The notes: generated from the sequence alone by a model not told the origin. 64,000 bases of DNA from Escherichia coli (GCF_041886205.1 NZ_CP169029.1); one strand, 5' to 3'. Positions 22,627 through 32,471 are shown, numbered from the stretch's first letter. Numbers and translations are program-made.

Positions 22627-23385
22627 ATGGATGCACTACAAACACAAACTGTTAATAGTACAACCGCGCCGCAGCCCAACTACATTCCGGGGCTGATTGC
22701 GGTGGTCGGGTGTGATGGCACCGGTAAATCCACACTGACCACTGACCTGGTGAAATCGCTGCAACAACACTGGCAAACTGAGCGGCGCTATCTGGGGCTG
22801 CTCTCCGGCGAAGACGGCGACAAAATCAAACGATTGCCGTTGGTTGGCGTCTGGCTGGAACGGCGACTGGCGGCCAAATCCTCGAAAACCCAAAGCATGA
22901 AAACCAAATCTCCGGCGCTATGGGCGGCGGTGATTATGTACTGCTTTTCGCTGCGAAGAATGGCGAATCTACGCAAGGTTCAGCGACTGGCGCAAAGTGG
23001 CGTTCTGGTGGTCAGCGATCGCTTCCCGCAGGCTGAAATTTCGGGCTTTTATTATGACGGACCGGGGATCGGCGTCGAACGTGCGACCGGGAAAATCAGC
23101 ATGTTTCTGGCGCAGCGCGAACGGCGTTTATACCAAAAAATGGCGCAATACCGTCCTGAATTAATCATTCGTTTGGGGATTGATATTGATACTGCCATCT
23201 CCCGCAAGCCTGACCATGACTATGCCGAGCTGCAGGACAAAATCGGCGTCATGTCGACGATTGGCTATAACGGCACAAAAATTCTTGAGATTGATGCCAG
23301 AGCGCCCTACAGCGAAGTGCTGGAACAGGCACAGAAGGCGGTTTCTCTGGTTGCCATCGTTTCTGACCGCCGAAGTTTAACTTAA
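22627..23385 (+). CDS. yghR: P-loop NTPase, nucleotide-kinase-like, YghR
   Basis: 252 aa, Walker A GCDGTGKST and SDRFPQ. Confidence 0.85.
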   Translation: MDALQTQTVNSTTAPQPNYIPGLIAVVGCDGTGKSTLTTDLVKSLQQHWQTERRYLGLLSGEDGDKIKRLPLVGVWLERRLAAKSSKTQSMKTKSPALWAAVIMYCFSLRRMANLRKVQRLAQSGVLVVSDRFPQAEISGFYYDGPGIGVERATGKISMFLAQRERRLYQKMAQYRPELIIRLGIDIDTAISRKPDHDYAELQDKIGVMSTIGYNGTKILEIDARAPYSEVLEQAQKAVSLVAIVSDRRSLT

Positions 23386-23430
23386 GGCTGGCGGGATACT
23401 TTTTACTATCAACGATAAGGTCAGGCTGAA

Positions 23431-24780
23431 TTGGCGGGTTTTAACATCAAACATTGGTTTGCAGATGGCGCGTTTCGCACCATTATTCGCAATAGCGCCT
23501 GGTTAGGCTCCAGTAATGTCGTGAGCGCCTTGCTGGGGCTGTTGGCGCTCTCGTGTGCCGGTAAAGGGATGACGCCCGCCATGTTTGGCGTACTGGTGAT
23601 TGTGCAATCGTACGCCAAGTCGATCAGCGATTTTATTAAGTTTCAGACATGGCAGTTGGTGGTGCAGTACGGAACGCCAGCCTTGACCAACAATAATCCG
23701 CAGCAATTTCGCAATGTCGTCTCATTTTCCTTCTCGCTGGATATCGTCAGCGGCGCGGTGGCGATTGTCGGCGGCATTGCCTTACTACCATTCCTTTCCC
23801 ATTCATTAGGTCTGGATGACCAAAGTTTTTGGCTGGCGGCGCTGTATTGCACGCTCATTCCTTCAATGGCTTCCTCCACGCCGACCGGCATTCTGCGTGC
23901 GGTAGATCGCTTCGATTTAATTGCTGTACAGCAGGCGACGAAACCTTTTCTGCGCGCAGCGGGGAGCGTCGTAGCCTGGTATTTTGACTTTGGTTTTGCG
24001 GGTTTTGTTATTGCCTGGTACGTGTCGAATCTGGTTGGCGGCACCATGTACTGGTGGTTTGCAGCGCGCGAATTACGCCGCAGAAATATCCATAATGCCT
24101 TCAAATTGAATCTGTTTGAGTCTGCCCGACACATCAAAGGCGCGTGGAGTTTTGTCTGGTCAACCAACATTGCCCACTCCATCTGGTCGGCGCGTAACTC
24201 GTGCAGCACAGTGCTGGTGGGGATCGTGTTAGGACCCGCTGCCGCCGGGTTATTTAAAATCGCCATGACATTCTTCGACGCCGCCGGAACGCCAGCGGGT
24301 TTGCTGGGTAAAAGTTTTTACCCAGAGGTGATGCGTTTAGATCCGCGCACCACCAGACCGTGGTTGTTAGGTGTGAAGTCCGGTTTACTGGCGGGCGGAA
24401 TCGGTATTCTGGTGGCGCTCGCGGTGTTGATCGCCGGCAAGTCGCTCATTTCGCTGGTGTTTGGCGTTAAGTATCTCGAAGCGTATGACCTGATTCAGGT
24501 GATGCTGGGCGCAATTGTGATTTCGATGCTGGGTTTCCCGCAGGAGTCATTGCTATTGATGGCGGGAAAACAGCGCGCTTTTCTCGTGGCGCAAACCATC
24601 GCCTCAATCGGCTACATCGTATTGCTGTTCATGTTCTGTCATCTGTTTGGTGTGCTGGGAGCAGCGTTTGCCTACTTCGGTGGGCAATGTCTGGATGTGG
24701 TGCTCTCGTTAATTCCAACTTTAAAGGCATTTTTTCAGCGTCATTCCTTGCTTTATAACGCAGCCGGAGAGAAATCCTGA
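23431..24780 (+). CDS. yghQ: Polytopic inner membrane protein YghQ, MOP/Wzx-flippase-like, full-length form
   Basis: 449-aa ORF with many predicted transmembrane segments. A TTG start is implied at 23431; an internal Met (…MFGVLVIVQSYAKS…) is the alternative. The stop overlaps the next start (TGATG). Confidence 0.7.
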   Translation: MAGFNIKHWFADGAFRTIIRNSAWLGSSNVVSALLGLLALSCAGKGMTPAMFGVLVIVQSYAKSISDFIKFQTWQLVVQYGTPALTNNNPQQFRNVVSFSFSLDIVSGAVAIVGGIALLPFLSHSLGLDDQSFWLAALYCTLIPSMASSTPTGILRAVDRFDLIAVQQATKPFLRAAGSVVAWYFDFGFAGFVIAWYVSNLVGGTMYWWFAARELRRRNIHNAFKLNLFESARHIKGAWSFVWSTNIAHSIWSARNSCSTVLVGIVLGPAAAGLFKIAMTFFDAAGTPAGLLGKSFYPEVMRLDPRTTRPWLLGVKSGLLAGGIGILVALAVLIAGKSLISLVFGVKYLEAYDLIQVMLGAIVISMLGFPQESLLLMAGKQRAFLVAQTIASIGYIVLLFMFCHLFGVLGAAFAYFGGQCLDVVLSLIPTLKAFFQRHSLLYNAAGEKS

Positions 24781-25604
24781 TGATGAGAAAATATTTCCCG
24801 CTTGAGGCGAGCGAGCGTCTATTTGTTGCGATTGAGGAAGATGATGTCGTTGATGCCCAGGTCAGTTTGCCGCCGACTATTGCACTAAGTTGTACCACCG
24901 AAATCATCCATGATAATTACGCGTTATGCCTGCAGTTCTGGCTCAATGGCGTTAATCGTCAGGAGTTACTGCGTTTAATTCGCAAACAGACCAAAGGCGA
25001 TGAGCTGACGACAGACGAGCGCAAACAGTTTAAATACATGCGAGCGCGCTACAAGCATCTGCGTTTTGCGCAACGGCTATATTTAAAGAAGCATCAGGCC
25101 GGATTTTTATTCGGCAAAACGACCGTTTTTCTGGGGCGTTTTCAGGACGGCTTTCGTAACGGTAAGAAAAATATTGTGTCGTATTACGGTAACCTGTTAC
25201 GGATTTATTTAAGCTCTCCGGTCTGGTCGTTGGTGAACTATTCATTACGCCATAGCCAGTTAGAAAGCGTAAGCGGTTTTATTGCCTATCGGCAAAAGCA
25301 AATGCATGCCCTGAAAGAGATAATTGCCAAACCGCGACTAACCGGCAGGGAATTTCATGATGTGCGAAAAATCATCAGCCAGCAGGTTTCTTATTACGAC
25401 ACCTTAAGATCGCTTGATCCTGAAAATAAAGAGGCGTTACAGGTTTCCCGCTTCCTCGCCGCCATTAATGGCCTGATGGGGGATAAACACGACGACATGG
25501 TGGCGGATGATATGGAAAACCGCCAGTCGTATGATGCACCGGTGGCGCTGGATAGCGATATTCGCCAGCGCTTAGAGCTGCTGATTTCGCGTTTTCCGCT
25601 ATAA
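24780..25604 (+). CDS. Hypothetical soluble protein, 274 aa, translationally coupled to yghQ
   Basis: Clean ORF MMRKYFPLEASERLFVAIEEDDVVDAQ…; no motif I recognise. Confidence 0.6.
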   Translation: MMRKYFPLEASERLFVAIEEDDVVDAQVSLPPTIALSCTTEIIHDNYALCLQFWLNGVNRQELLRLIRKQTKGDELTTDERKQFKYMRARYKHLRFAQRLYLKKHQAGFLFGKTTVFLGRFQDGFRNGKKNIVSYYGNLLRIYLSSPVWSLVNYSLRHSQLESVSGFIAYRQKQMHALKEIIAKPRLTGREFHDVRKIISQQVSYYDTLRSLDPENKEALQVSRFLAAINGLMGDKHDDMVADDMENRQSYDAPVALDSDIRQRLELLISRFPL

Positions 25605-25612
25605 CCGGAGCA

Positions 25613-26176
25613 ATGATGTCATCTCGTTTGATTATTGCGCTGATTATCATGCTCTTAGCCCCGGGTGCGCAGGCACACAATTTCGTCACTGGCAAAACGG
25701 TTACCCCTGTTTATATTCAGGAAGGCGGCGAGCTGCTTCTGAATAGCGACGACGAAATTCACTACCAAAAGTGGAAAAGCACACAATTGGCGGGAAAAGT
25801 CCGCATTATTCAGTATATCGCCGGGCGTAAGTCGGCGAAGAAAAAGAACTCACTGTTAATTAAAGCGGTTGAAGCGGCAAACTTTCCGCAGGATCGTTTT
25901 CAGCCCACCACCATTGTGAACACCGATGATGCCATCTTTGGTACTGGCTATTTTGTTGTTGGCAAAATCGAAAAAAATAAACGCCGCTATCCGTGGGCGC
26001 AATTCGTTATTGACGGCAATGGACTGGGACGCATTGCCTGGCGCTTGCCGGAGCAGAGTTCAACCATTCTGGTGCTGAATAAAGCCGGGCAAATTCAGTG
26101 GGCAAAGGACGGCAGCCTGACGCCGGAAGAGGTAGATCATGTCATTGCGCTGGCGCAGAAGCTGATCAATGAATAA
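25613..26176 (+). CDS. YtfJ-family periplasmic protein (signal peptide)
   Basis: 187 aa with an N-terminal signal peptide (MMSSRLIIALIIMLLAPGAQA) and YtfJ-like blocks (…LAGKVRIIQYIAGR…TTIVNTDDAI…QWAKDGSLTPEEV…). Confidence 0.65.
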   Translation: MMSSRLIIALIIMLLAPGAQAHNFVTGKTVTPVYIQEGGELLLNSDDEIHYQKWKSTQLAGKVRIIQYIAGRKSAKKKNSLLIKAVEAANFPQDRFQPTTIVNTDDAIFGTGYFVVGKIEKNKRRYPWAQFVIDGNGLGRIAWRLPEQSSTILVLNKAGQIQWAKDGSLTPEEVDHVIALAQKLINE

Positions 26177-26205
26177 AAATTCAAAGGATTGAGGGCGTTA
26201 GTGAG

Positions 26206-27276
26206 ATGAAGCTGGTTGAACACTACATCATGCGTGGTACGCGCCGTCTGGTGCTGATTATCGTCGGTTTTCTGATCTTTATTTTCGCCAGCTACTCCGC
26301 ACAGCGTTATCTGACCGAAGCGGCAAATGGGACATTAGCTCTTGATGTTGTGCTGGATATCGTTTTCTACAAAGTGCTGATTGCACTGGAGATGTTGTTA
26401 CCTGTTGGTCTGTATGTGTCAGTTGGCGTGACGCTAGGGCAGATGTATACCGACTCGGAAATTACCGCTATCTCTGCGGCGGGGGGCAGTCCGGGACGCT
26501 TGTACAAAGCCGTTCTTTATCTGGCGATACCGCTAAGTATTTTTGTCACCCTTCTGTCGATGTATGGTCGTCCGTGGGCTTATGCGCAGATTTATCAACT
26601 GGAGCAACAGTCGCAGTCGGAGCTGGATGTTCGCCAGTTGCGGGCAAAGAAATTTAACACTAACGATAACGGACGAATGATCCTTTCGCAGACGGTTGAT
26701 CAGGATAATAATCGCCTGACTGACGCGCTGATTTATACTTCTACTGCCAATCGAACCCGCATTTTCCGCGCCCGTTCGGTTGATGTGGTTGACCCATCAC
26801 CCGAGAAACCGACCGTTATGTTGCATAACGGGACCGCCTATCTTCTCGATCATCAGGGGCGTGACGACAACGAACAGATCTACCGTAATCTGCAATTACA
26901 TCTGAATCCGCTGGATCAAAGCCCTAACGTCAAACGCAAAGCAAAATCGGTCACGGAGCTGGCGCGCTCCGCCTTTCCTGCCGATCATGCCGAACTGCAA
27001 TGGCGACAAAGCCGTGGCCTGACAGCATTGTTGATGGCGCTGCTGGCCATTTCATTAAGTCGGGTAAAACTGCGGCAAGGGCGATTTTCAACATTATTGC
27101 CACTGACGTTGCTGTTTATTGCCATTTTTTATGGCGGCGACGTCTGCCGTACGCTGGTGGCTAACGGCGCGATTCCCCTCATTCCTGGTTTGTGGTTAGT
27201 ACCCGGACTCATGCTAATGGGCCTGCTGATGCTGGTCGCACGCGACTTCTCTTTGCTGCAGAAATTTTCCCGATGA
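26206..27276 (+). CDS. YjgP/YjgQ-family permease, LptF-like
   Basis: 356 aa with the LptF/LptG topology: N-terminal transmembrane helices, a central periplasmic beta-rich region, C-terminal helices; begins MKLVEHYIMRGTRRLVLIIVGFLIF. Confidence 0.65.
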   Translation: MKLVEHYIMRGTRRLVLIIVGFLIFIFASYSAQRYLTEAANGTLALDVVLDIVFYKVLIALEMLLPVGLYVSVGVTLGQMYTDSEITAISAAGGSPGRLYKAVLYLAIPLSIFVTLLSMYGRPWAYAQIYQLEQQSQSELDVRQLRAKKFNTNDNGRMILSQTVDQDNNRLTDALIYTSTANRTRIFRARSVDVVDPSPEKPTVMLHNGTAYLLDHQGRDDNEQIYRNLQLHLNPLDQSPNVKRKAKSVTELARSAFPADHAELQWRQSRGLTALLMALLAISLSRVKLRQGRFSTLLPLTLLFIAIFYGGDVCRTLVANGAIPLIPGLWLVPGLMLMGLLMLVARDFSLLQKFSR

Positions 27277-28352
27277 ATGTTTTCAGTCGCTATTTAATCC
27301 GTCATCTCTTTCTCGGTTTTGCCGCCGCCGCAGGGCTATTGCTGCCGCTTTTTACCACCTTCAACCTGATTAACGAACTGGATGATGTCAGCCCGGGCGG
27401 TTATCGCTGGACTCAGGCGGTGCTGGTGGTGCTAATGACCTTACCGCGCACACTGGTCGAACTTTCGCCATTTATCGCCTTATTGGGAGGGATTGTCGGC
27501 CTGGGGCAGTTATCGAAAAACAGTGAGCTTACCGCCATTCGCAGCATGGGGTTTTCTATCTTCCGTATTGCACTGGTGGCACTGGTTGCAGGGATATTGT
27601 GGACTGTTTCGTTAGGCGCGATAGATGAGTGGGTGGCGTCGCCATTGCAGCAACAGGCGTTGCAAATCAAATCGACCGCCACCGCGTTGGGGGAGGACGA
27701 TGACATTACCGGCAATATGCTGTGGGCCAGGCGTGGTAATGAATTTGTGACGGTGAAATCGCTGAACGAGCAGGGCCAGCCGGTGGGCGTGGAGATTTTT
27801 CATTATCGTGACGATCTCTCGCTCGAATCCTACATTTATGCACGCAGTGCCACCATTAAAGACGACAAAATGTGGATCCTGCATGGTGTGAATCATAAAA
27901 AATGGCTTAACGGTAAAGAAACGCTGGAAACATCAGATAATCTTGCCTGGCAATCTGCCTTCACCAGTATGGATCTTGAAGAGTTATCGATGCCGGGGAA
28001 TACTTTTTCTGTCTGTCAGCTTAATCATTACATCCATTATTTGCAGGAAACCGGGCAACCCAGCAGCGAATACCGCCTTGCACTGTGGGAAAAACTGGGG
28101 CAACCCATCCTGACCCTGGCGATGATTTTGCTGGCTGTACCGTTTACCTTTAGCGCCCCGCGCTCGCCAGGGATGGGTAGCCGTCTCGCTGTAGGCGTCA
28201 TCGTTGGCTTACTCACCTGGATCAGCTATCAAATCATGGTCAATCTGGGATTGCTATTTGCGTTAAGCGCACCTGTTACCGCGCTCGGTTTACCGATAGC
28301 GTTTGTGCTGGTGGCGTTGAGCCTGGTGTATTGGTATGACAGACAACATTAA
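27273..28352 (+). CDS. YjgP/YjgQ-family permease, LptG-like
   Basis: MNVFSRYLIRHLFLGFAAAAGLLLPLFTTFNLINELDDV… closely resembles the LptG N-terminus. ATG at 27273 overlaps the upstream stop (ATGA); the track ORF starts earlier at 27192. Confidence 0.65.
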   Translation: MNVFSRYLIRHLFLGFAAAAGLLLPLFTTFNLINELDDVSPGGYRWTQAVLVVLMTLPRTLVELSPFIALLGGIVGLGQLSKNSELTAIRSMGFSIFRIALVALVAGILWTVSLGAIDEWVASPLQQQALQIKSTATALGEDDDITGNMLWARRGNEFVTVKSLNEQGQPVGVEIFHYRDDLSLESYIYARSATIKDDKMWILHGVNHKKWLNGKETLETSDNLAWQSAFTSMDLEELSMPGNTFSVCQLNHYIHYLQETGQPSSEYRLALWEKLGQPILTLAMILLAVPFTFSAPRSPGMGSRLAVGVIVGLLTWISYQIMVNLGLLFALSAPVTALGLPIAFVLVALSLVYWYDRQH

Positions 28353-28386
28353 ACCCGCCGTGGCGCAACACCACGACGGGCTCACA

Positions 28387-29559
28387 TTACTGCTTCAGAG
28401 TAGCAAATGTCTGAATGATGGCATCGATTTGCTCACGACTGTGGGCAGCGTTTACGCTACAGCGCAGCAGCGTAATGCCCGCAGGCGCGGCAGGCGGCAG
28501 GATAAGATTCACATACACGCCCAGCGAGATAAGCTCGCGCCAGATGCGCAACCCTTCCTCTTTCGAACCGATTATTACCGGCACTACCGGGCTAATATGT
28601 GAACTTAACTCATAACCCAGTTTTTGCAGACCGTCATACAGATGGTTGGCGTTATCCATCAGCTTTTGCCGCAGCTCTGGTTGTGAGGCAATGGTTCTTA
28701 ACGATGAGCGCACGGTCGCAATGCAGGACGGAGAAGGAGAGGCGGTAAAAATATACGGGCGGCTGCCGTAGCGCAGCACTTCCATCGCTTCCGAACCGAC
28801 AGCAAAACCGCCAATCGAGGCCAGACTTTTACTGAAAGTACCAACGATAATATCCACATCATCTTCAACGCCGACAGCTTCAGCCAGTCCACGCCCCGTT
28901 GCACCTAACACGCCAAACGAATGCGCTTCATCGACAATCAAATAACCACCGAGACGACGTTTGATATCAACAATTTCCGCCAGCGGCGCAACGTCACCGA
29001 GCATGCTGTAGATGCCCTCAACGATGATAATCGCCTCTTTCGCCCGTTCACCGAGGCGAACCATGCGCCGTTCCAGATCTTTAGCATCGTTATGGCGGAA
29101 ACGAATAATTTCCGCGCCACCGAGAGAACAGGCGTCATAAATACTGGCGTGGCTGTCGGCATCCAGTAACACCACGGCGTTATGGTCGGCAAGTGCGCTG
29201 ATGACGCCTAAATTAGCGGTATAACCGGTTGAAAAAACGATAGCGGTAGGGCGATTGAAAAACTCGGCAATCTCTTTCTCTAACGCCAGGTGCGGCGCAT
29301 AACTGCCGTTTGCCATACGAGAACCGGTGGTGCCGGTGCCTTGGGCCGCTAACGCTGCCTGACCTTCGGCGATGGCATCATGATTAAAGGTTAAACCGAG
29401 ATAATTATTGGTCCCGGCCAGAATCACTTTTTTATTGCCGATCCGACCTTCGGTGGCGGAATACACTTCATCAATACAGGTGCCAAACGGTGTTAACCCG
29501 TTGTCACTAAATTGCAGTCGCTCGCCAGCAAGGCGCGCATATTTATCGTATAGCCCCAT
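28387..29559 (-). CDS. PLP-dependent alpha-oxoamine synthase (BioF/KBL/serine-palmitoyltransferase family)
   Basis: 390 aa with the class-II aminotransferase fold and a GTFSKS PLP-lysine motif. Which subfamily it belongs to cannot be decided by eye. Confidence 0.8.
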   Translation of the reverse strand: MGLYDKYARLAGERLQFSDNGLTPFGTCIDEVYSATEGRIGNKKVILAGTNNYLGLTFNHDAIAEGQAALAAQGTGTTGSRMANGSYAPHLALEKEIAEFFNRPTAIVFSTGYTANLGVISALADHNAVVLLDADSHASIYDACSLGGAEIIRFRHNDAKDLERRMVRLGERAKEAIIIVEGIYSMLGDVAPLAEIVDIKRRLGGYLIVDEAHSFGVLGATGRGLAEAVGVEDDVDIIVGTFSKSLASIGGFAVGSEAMEVLRYGSRPYIFTASPSPSCIATVRSSLRTIASQPELRQKLMDNANHLYDGLQKLGYELSSHISPVVPVIIGSKEEGLRIWRELISLGVYVNLILPPAAPAGITLLRCSVNAAHSREQIDAIIQTFATLKQ

Positions 29560-29807
29560 TATTTATTCTCCAGCCATGGAAGTAGAGCTTCCATTAATTG
29601 CGCAGGGGTTTTGACATCCAGCAGAATATTAATAGGAATGGAAATATCGAATCTGTCTTCCAGCATCATTAAGAGATCCATCACTTTGATCGACTCCAGG
29701 CCAAGATCGTTGACGAGATCGCTGTCGGGCTTAATTTCCACACCGTTTTCGACCAAATCCTGTAAACAGGAAAGGATGTAATCCATTACTATTTCACGAT
29801 TTACCAT
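29559..29807 (-). CDS. Dedicated acyl carrier protein
   Basis: 82 aa, acidic, with a phosphopantetheine-site-like DLGLESIKVMDLLMMLEDRFD. Its stop overlaps the synthase start. Confidence 0.75.
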   Translation of the reverse strand: MVNREIVMDYILSCLQDLVENGVEIKPDSDLVNDLGLESIKVMDLLMMLEDRFDISIPINILLDVKTPAQLMEALLPWLENK

Positions 29808-29838
29808 AGAAACGTTAACACACCTTTAAACAAGACAA

Positions 29839-30753
29839 TCAAAATAGCCCGTTGCGTAATGCGTGTTCCAGGCTAATCCCGGGAAACCAATTAATATCTT
29901 CAGAAATACGGTTATTATTTGCCGACCAGTCGGCGTGGGTTAATTCACGAATTTTCGAGCGGGTCAGCATAGGTTCTTTACCTGCCAGGCGACTCAACGC
30001 AGTACTGATATCCGCAAGGCAGGTGAGTACCGGCAGAGGAATGCCAACCATCCGCACAGAACCACAACGGGCTTCGGCGGCAAGCTGTCGTACGCGTTGC
30101 CAGTCATAGCCGCCAGCGACGCCATCGCATAATTCATAGGTTTGCGTCTGTACAGTTTCGGCGCTTAACCACTGACCCACGGCTTGCGCGAAATCGGTGA
30201 CGTGCAGGAAAGAGAGCTGTGTATCTGGCGCACCAAGTCGTGGCAGCAGGCCGCGCAGCATCCAGTCAAACAGCGGTTTTAACTCTTTATCGCCTGGACC
30301 ATACACGGCTGTCGGGCGAAAAACGCCCAGCGTAATTTCATCAGCCATTGCAGTCAGCCGTTGTTCGGCGACGTGTTTGGAATTTGCGTACCAGGAGAGT
30401 TCGGGATGGCGCGCCGCCAGCGAAGAGATAAACAGAAAACGTTGGCAAAAGCCGCTCTCTTTTGCCGCTTGCATCAGGCGCAGGCTGCCGTCAACGTTAC
30501 AGCGGGTAAAAATCTCTTCTTTGTGCCCGCGCACTTGCCCGGCGCAATGGACCACCGCGCTGGCTCCGGCAACCAGTTCGCTAAGTGAATGAGTATCTTC
30601 CAGCGAACCGCGCACCCAGATGAGATTGTCATTGACGTGAGCGCGGGCAGTACGCGTCAATGCGCGAACGTGAAAGCCGCGGGCGAGCAGGTTATCGATA
30701 ATATATTTACCGATAAACCCGGTAGCGCCCGTCACCGCGACAGTTTGATTCAT
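29839..30753 (-). CDS. NAD(P)-dependent epimerase/dehydratase-family reductase (extended SDR)
   Basis: 304 aa with N-terminal VTGATGFIGKYII Rossmann motif. Its start overlaps the stop of the upstream ligase gene. Confidence 0.8.
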   Translation of the reverse strand: MNQTVAVTGATGFIGKYIIDNLLARGFHVRALTRTARAHVNDNLIWVRGSLEDTHSLSELVAGASAVVHCAGQVRGHKEEIFTRCNVDGSLRLMQAAKESGFCQRFLFISSLAARHPELSWYANSKHVAEQRLTAMADEITLGVFRPTAVYGPGDKELKPLFDWMLRGLLPRLGAPDTQLSFLHVTDFAQAVGQWLSAETVQTQTYELCDGVAGGYDWQRVRQLAAEARCGSVRMVGIPLPVLTCLADISTALSRLAGKEPMLTRSKIRELTHADWSANNNRISEDINWFPGISLEHALRNGLF

Positions 30754-32471
30754 GCCAGGGATTCCTGCACATGAAGGCTTTCAGCATAAGCCTTCTGATA
30801 ACGTTTTTTCGCTTCCGCATGGGCAGGCTTGCCGGAGGACGTTCGGGGAATACTGTGGGGCGGCAACAGATCGATAGCCGCGGTCACGCCAAATTCGCTT
30901 TGGATCCGTGCTGCCAGCGCGTGGATAAGCTGCCCGCGACGTTCTTCATCGCTGATCCGACACTGGATCTGCAAAATGATTTTTTCCTGGGCGGTAACAA
31001 AAGCAATCGCATCGCCAGAATGAATTTCCGGTTCCTGTTCCGCAATATATTCAATATCCTGCGGCCAGATATTACGGCCACGAATAATAATCAGATCTTT
31101 AATGCGTCCGGTGACATACAGATAACCGTCCAGCAGATAACCGAGGTCGCCGGTGTCTAACCAGCCCGTCGCGGCAATCTCGTCTTGCGAAGCCTGGTCG
31201 CCAAAGTAACCGCTCATCAGGCTAGGGCCGGAGATGCAAATATGGCCTACCACACGTTCCGCGACAGGTATACCTGCTTCATTGCGGATTTCAATGCCAT
31301 GTTCCGGCAACGCTTTACCGCAGTTGACGAAAGTCGATACGGCGCGTGTTTCAGCACCCGGCGCGACGGCTTTACCGTGGTATTCGAGGATGTCGCGATC
31401 CACTTCGTTAACCATAACCCCGGAGGTTTCATCAGAGAAGCTGACAGCCAGCGCATTTTCTGCCAGTCCGTAGCACGGCATGAAAGTTTTATCGTCAAAG
31501 TTAACCTGACGGAAACATTCAGCGAATTGATGGAGTTGTTCTGCGGAGATGGGTTCTGCACCAATACCAGCGACGCGCCAGGAGGAAAGATCCAGTTCTG
31601 CGAGATCTTTTTCATTCACGCGGCGCTGGCACAATTCATAGCCAAACGGCGGCGCAACGGAAACGGTGCCGCGATTTTTACTGATCAATTTAAGCCATTG
31701 CAGAGGACGCATGGCAAAATCCTGAGTGCGCAAATAATCTACTGAAAGCTGCGTGGCGACGGGGGTCAGGAGAAAGCCGACCAGTCCCATATCATGGTAG
31801 AAAGGCAGCCAGGAGACGCAGCGGTCGCCAGGGCGTAATTTAATGCCATCGTGGCTTATAGCACGTAGATTAGCCATCACTTCGCGATGGGTGATAATGA
31901 CGCCACGGGGAAAACGGGTGCTGCCGGAGGTGTATTGGAGGTAGGCGATATCGTCCGGAACTGGGCGCTGGAGCGCAACATCGGCTTCCGGTAATGCCTT
32001 AAACCAGGCGTGGCTTAAAACATGTAATTCGGGATTGTTATGCGTCGCAGCATTGACCAGCGGTAACCACTCATCACCAGTGATAATGGCTGCGGGCTGG
32101 CAACTTGCCAGTAAACCCTGCAGTTTGGCGCTCCAGGAATCCCGCTGACCGACGCCCATTGGAATCGCCAACGGGACGGCGACTAAGCCGGCATACTGGC
32201 AGGCAAAAAAAGCCTCTACGAACCCGCTACTGGTTTCGGCAATCAGCGCCACGCGATCGCCTTTTTTCAGGTTCAGCGATAACAACCGCTTCGCACCAGC
32301 TTCGGCACGCGCTTTTAACGTCTGATATTCCAGTTGATCTTCAAGTTGGCAACGTCTGTCATAAAAATTCATTCCATCGCTACTCAGAGCGGCGTAGTCC
32401 AAAGCATCAACCAGCGTTGGAAAATCGGCATAGCGCATAGGTAGGGAATGCGTAAAGATTTTATTAGACAT
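30750..32471 (-). CDS. Fatty-acyl-AMP ligase / acyl-ACP synthetase-like adenylating enzyme
   Basis: AMP-binding signature YTSGSTRFPRGV plus the …TGDLGY… and GRIKDLIIIRGRNIWPQDIE blocks. Start taken at the internal Met MSNKIFTHSL of ORF 30750-32498. Confidence 0.8.
   Translation of the reverse strand: MSNKIFTHSLPMRYADFPTLVDALDYAALSSDGMNFYDRRCQLEDQLEYQTLKARAEAGAKRLLSLNLKKGDRVALIAETSSGFVEAFFACQYAGLVAVPLAIPMGVGQRDSWSAKLQGLLASCQPAAIITGDEWLPLVNAATHNNPELHVLSHAWFKALPEADVALQRPVPDDIAYLQYTSGSTRFPRGVIITHREVMANLRAISHDGIKLRPGDRCVSWLPFYHDMGLVGFLLTPVATQLSVDYLRTQDFAMRPLQWLKLISKNRGTVSVAPPFGYELCQRRVNEKDLAELDLSSWRVAGIGAEPISAEQLHQFAECFRQVNFDDKTFMPCYGLAENALAVSFSDETSGVMVNEVDRDILEYHGKAVAPGAETRAVSTFVNCGKALPEHGIEIRNEAGIPVAERVVGHICISGPSLMSGYFGDQASQDEIAATGWLDTGDLGYLLDGYLYVTGRIKDLIIIRGRNIWPQDIEYIAEQEPEIHSGDAIAFVTAQEKIILQIQCRISDEERRGQLIHALAARIQSEFGVTAAIDLLPPHSIPRTSSGKPAHAEAKKRYQKAYAESLHVQESLA

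Noticed and set aside
23643-24266. 207-aa minus-strand ORF
   Set aside because: Antisense within the membrane protein gene yghQ.
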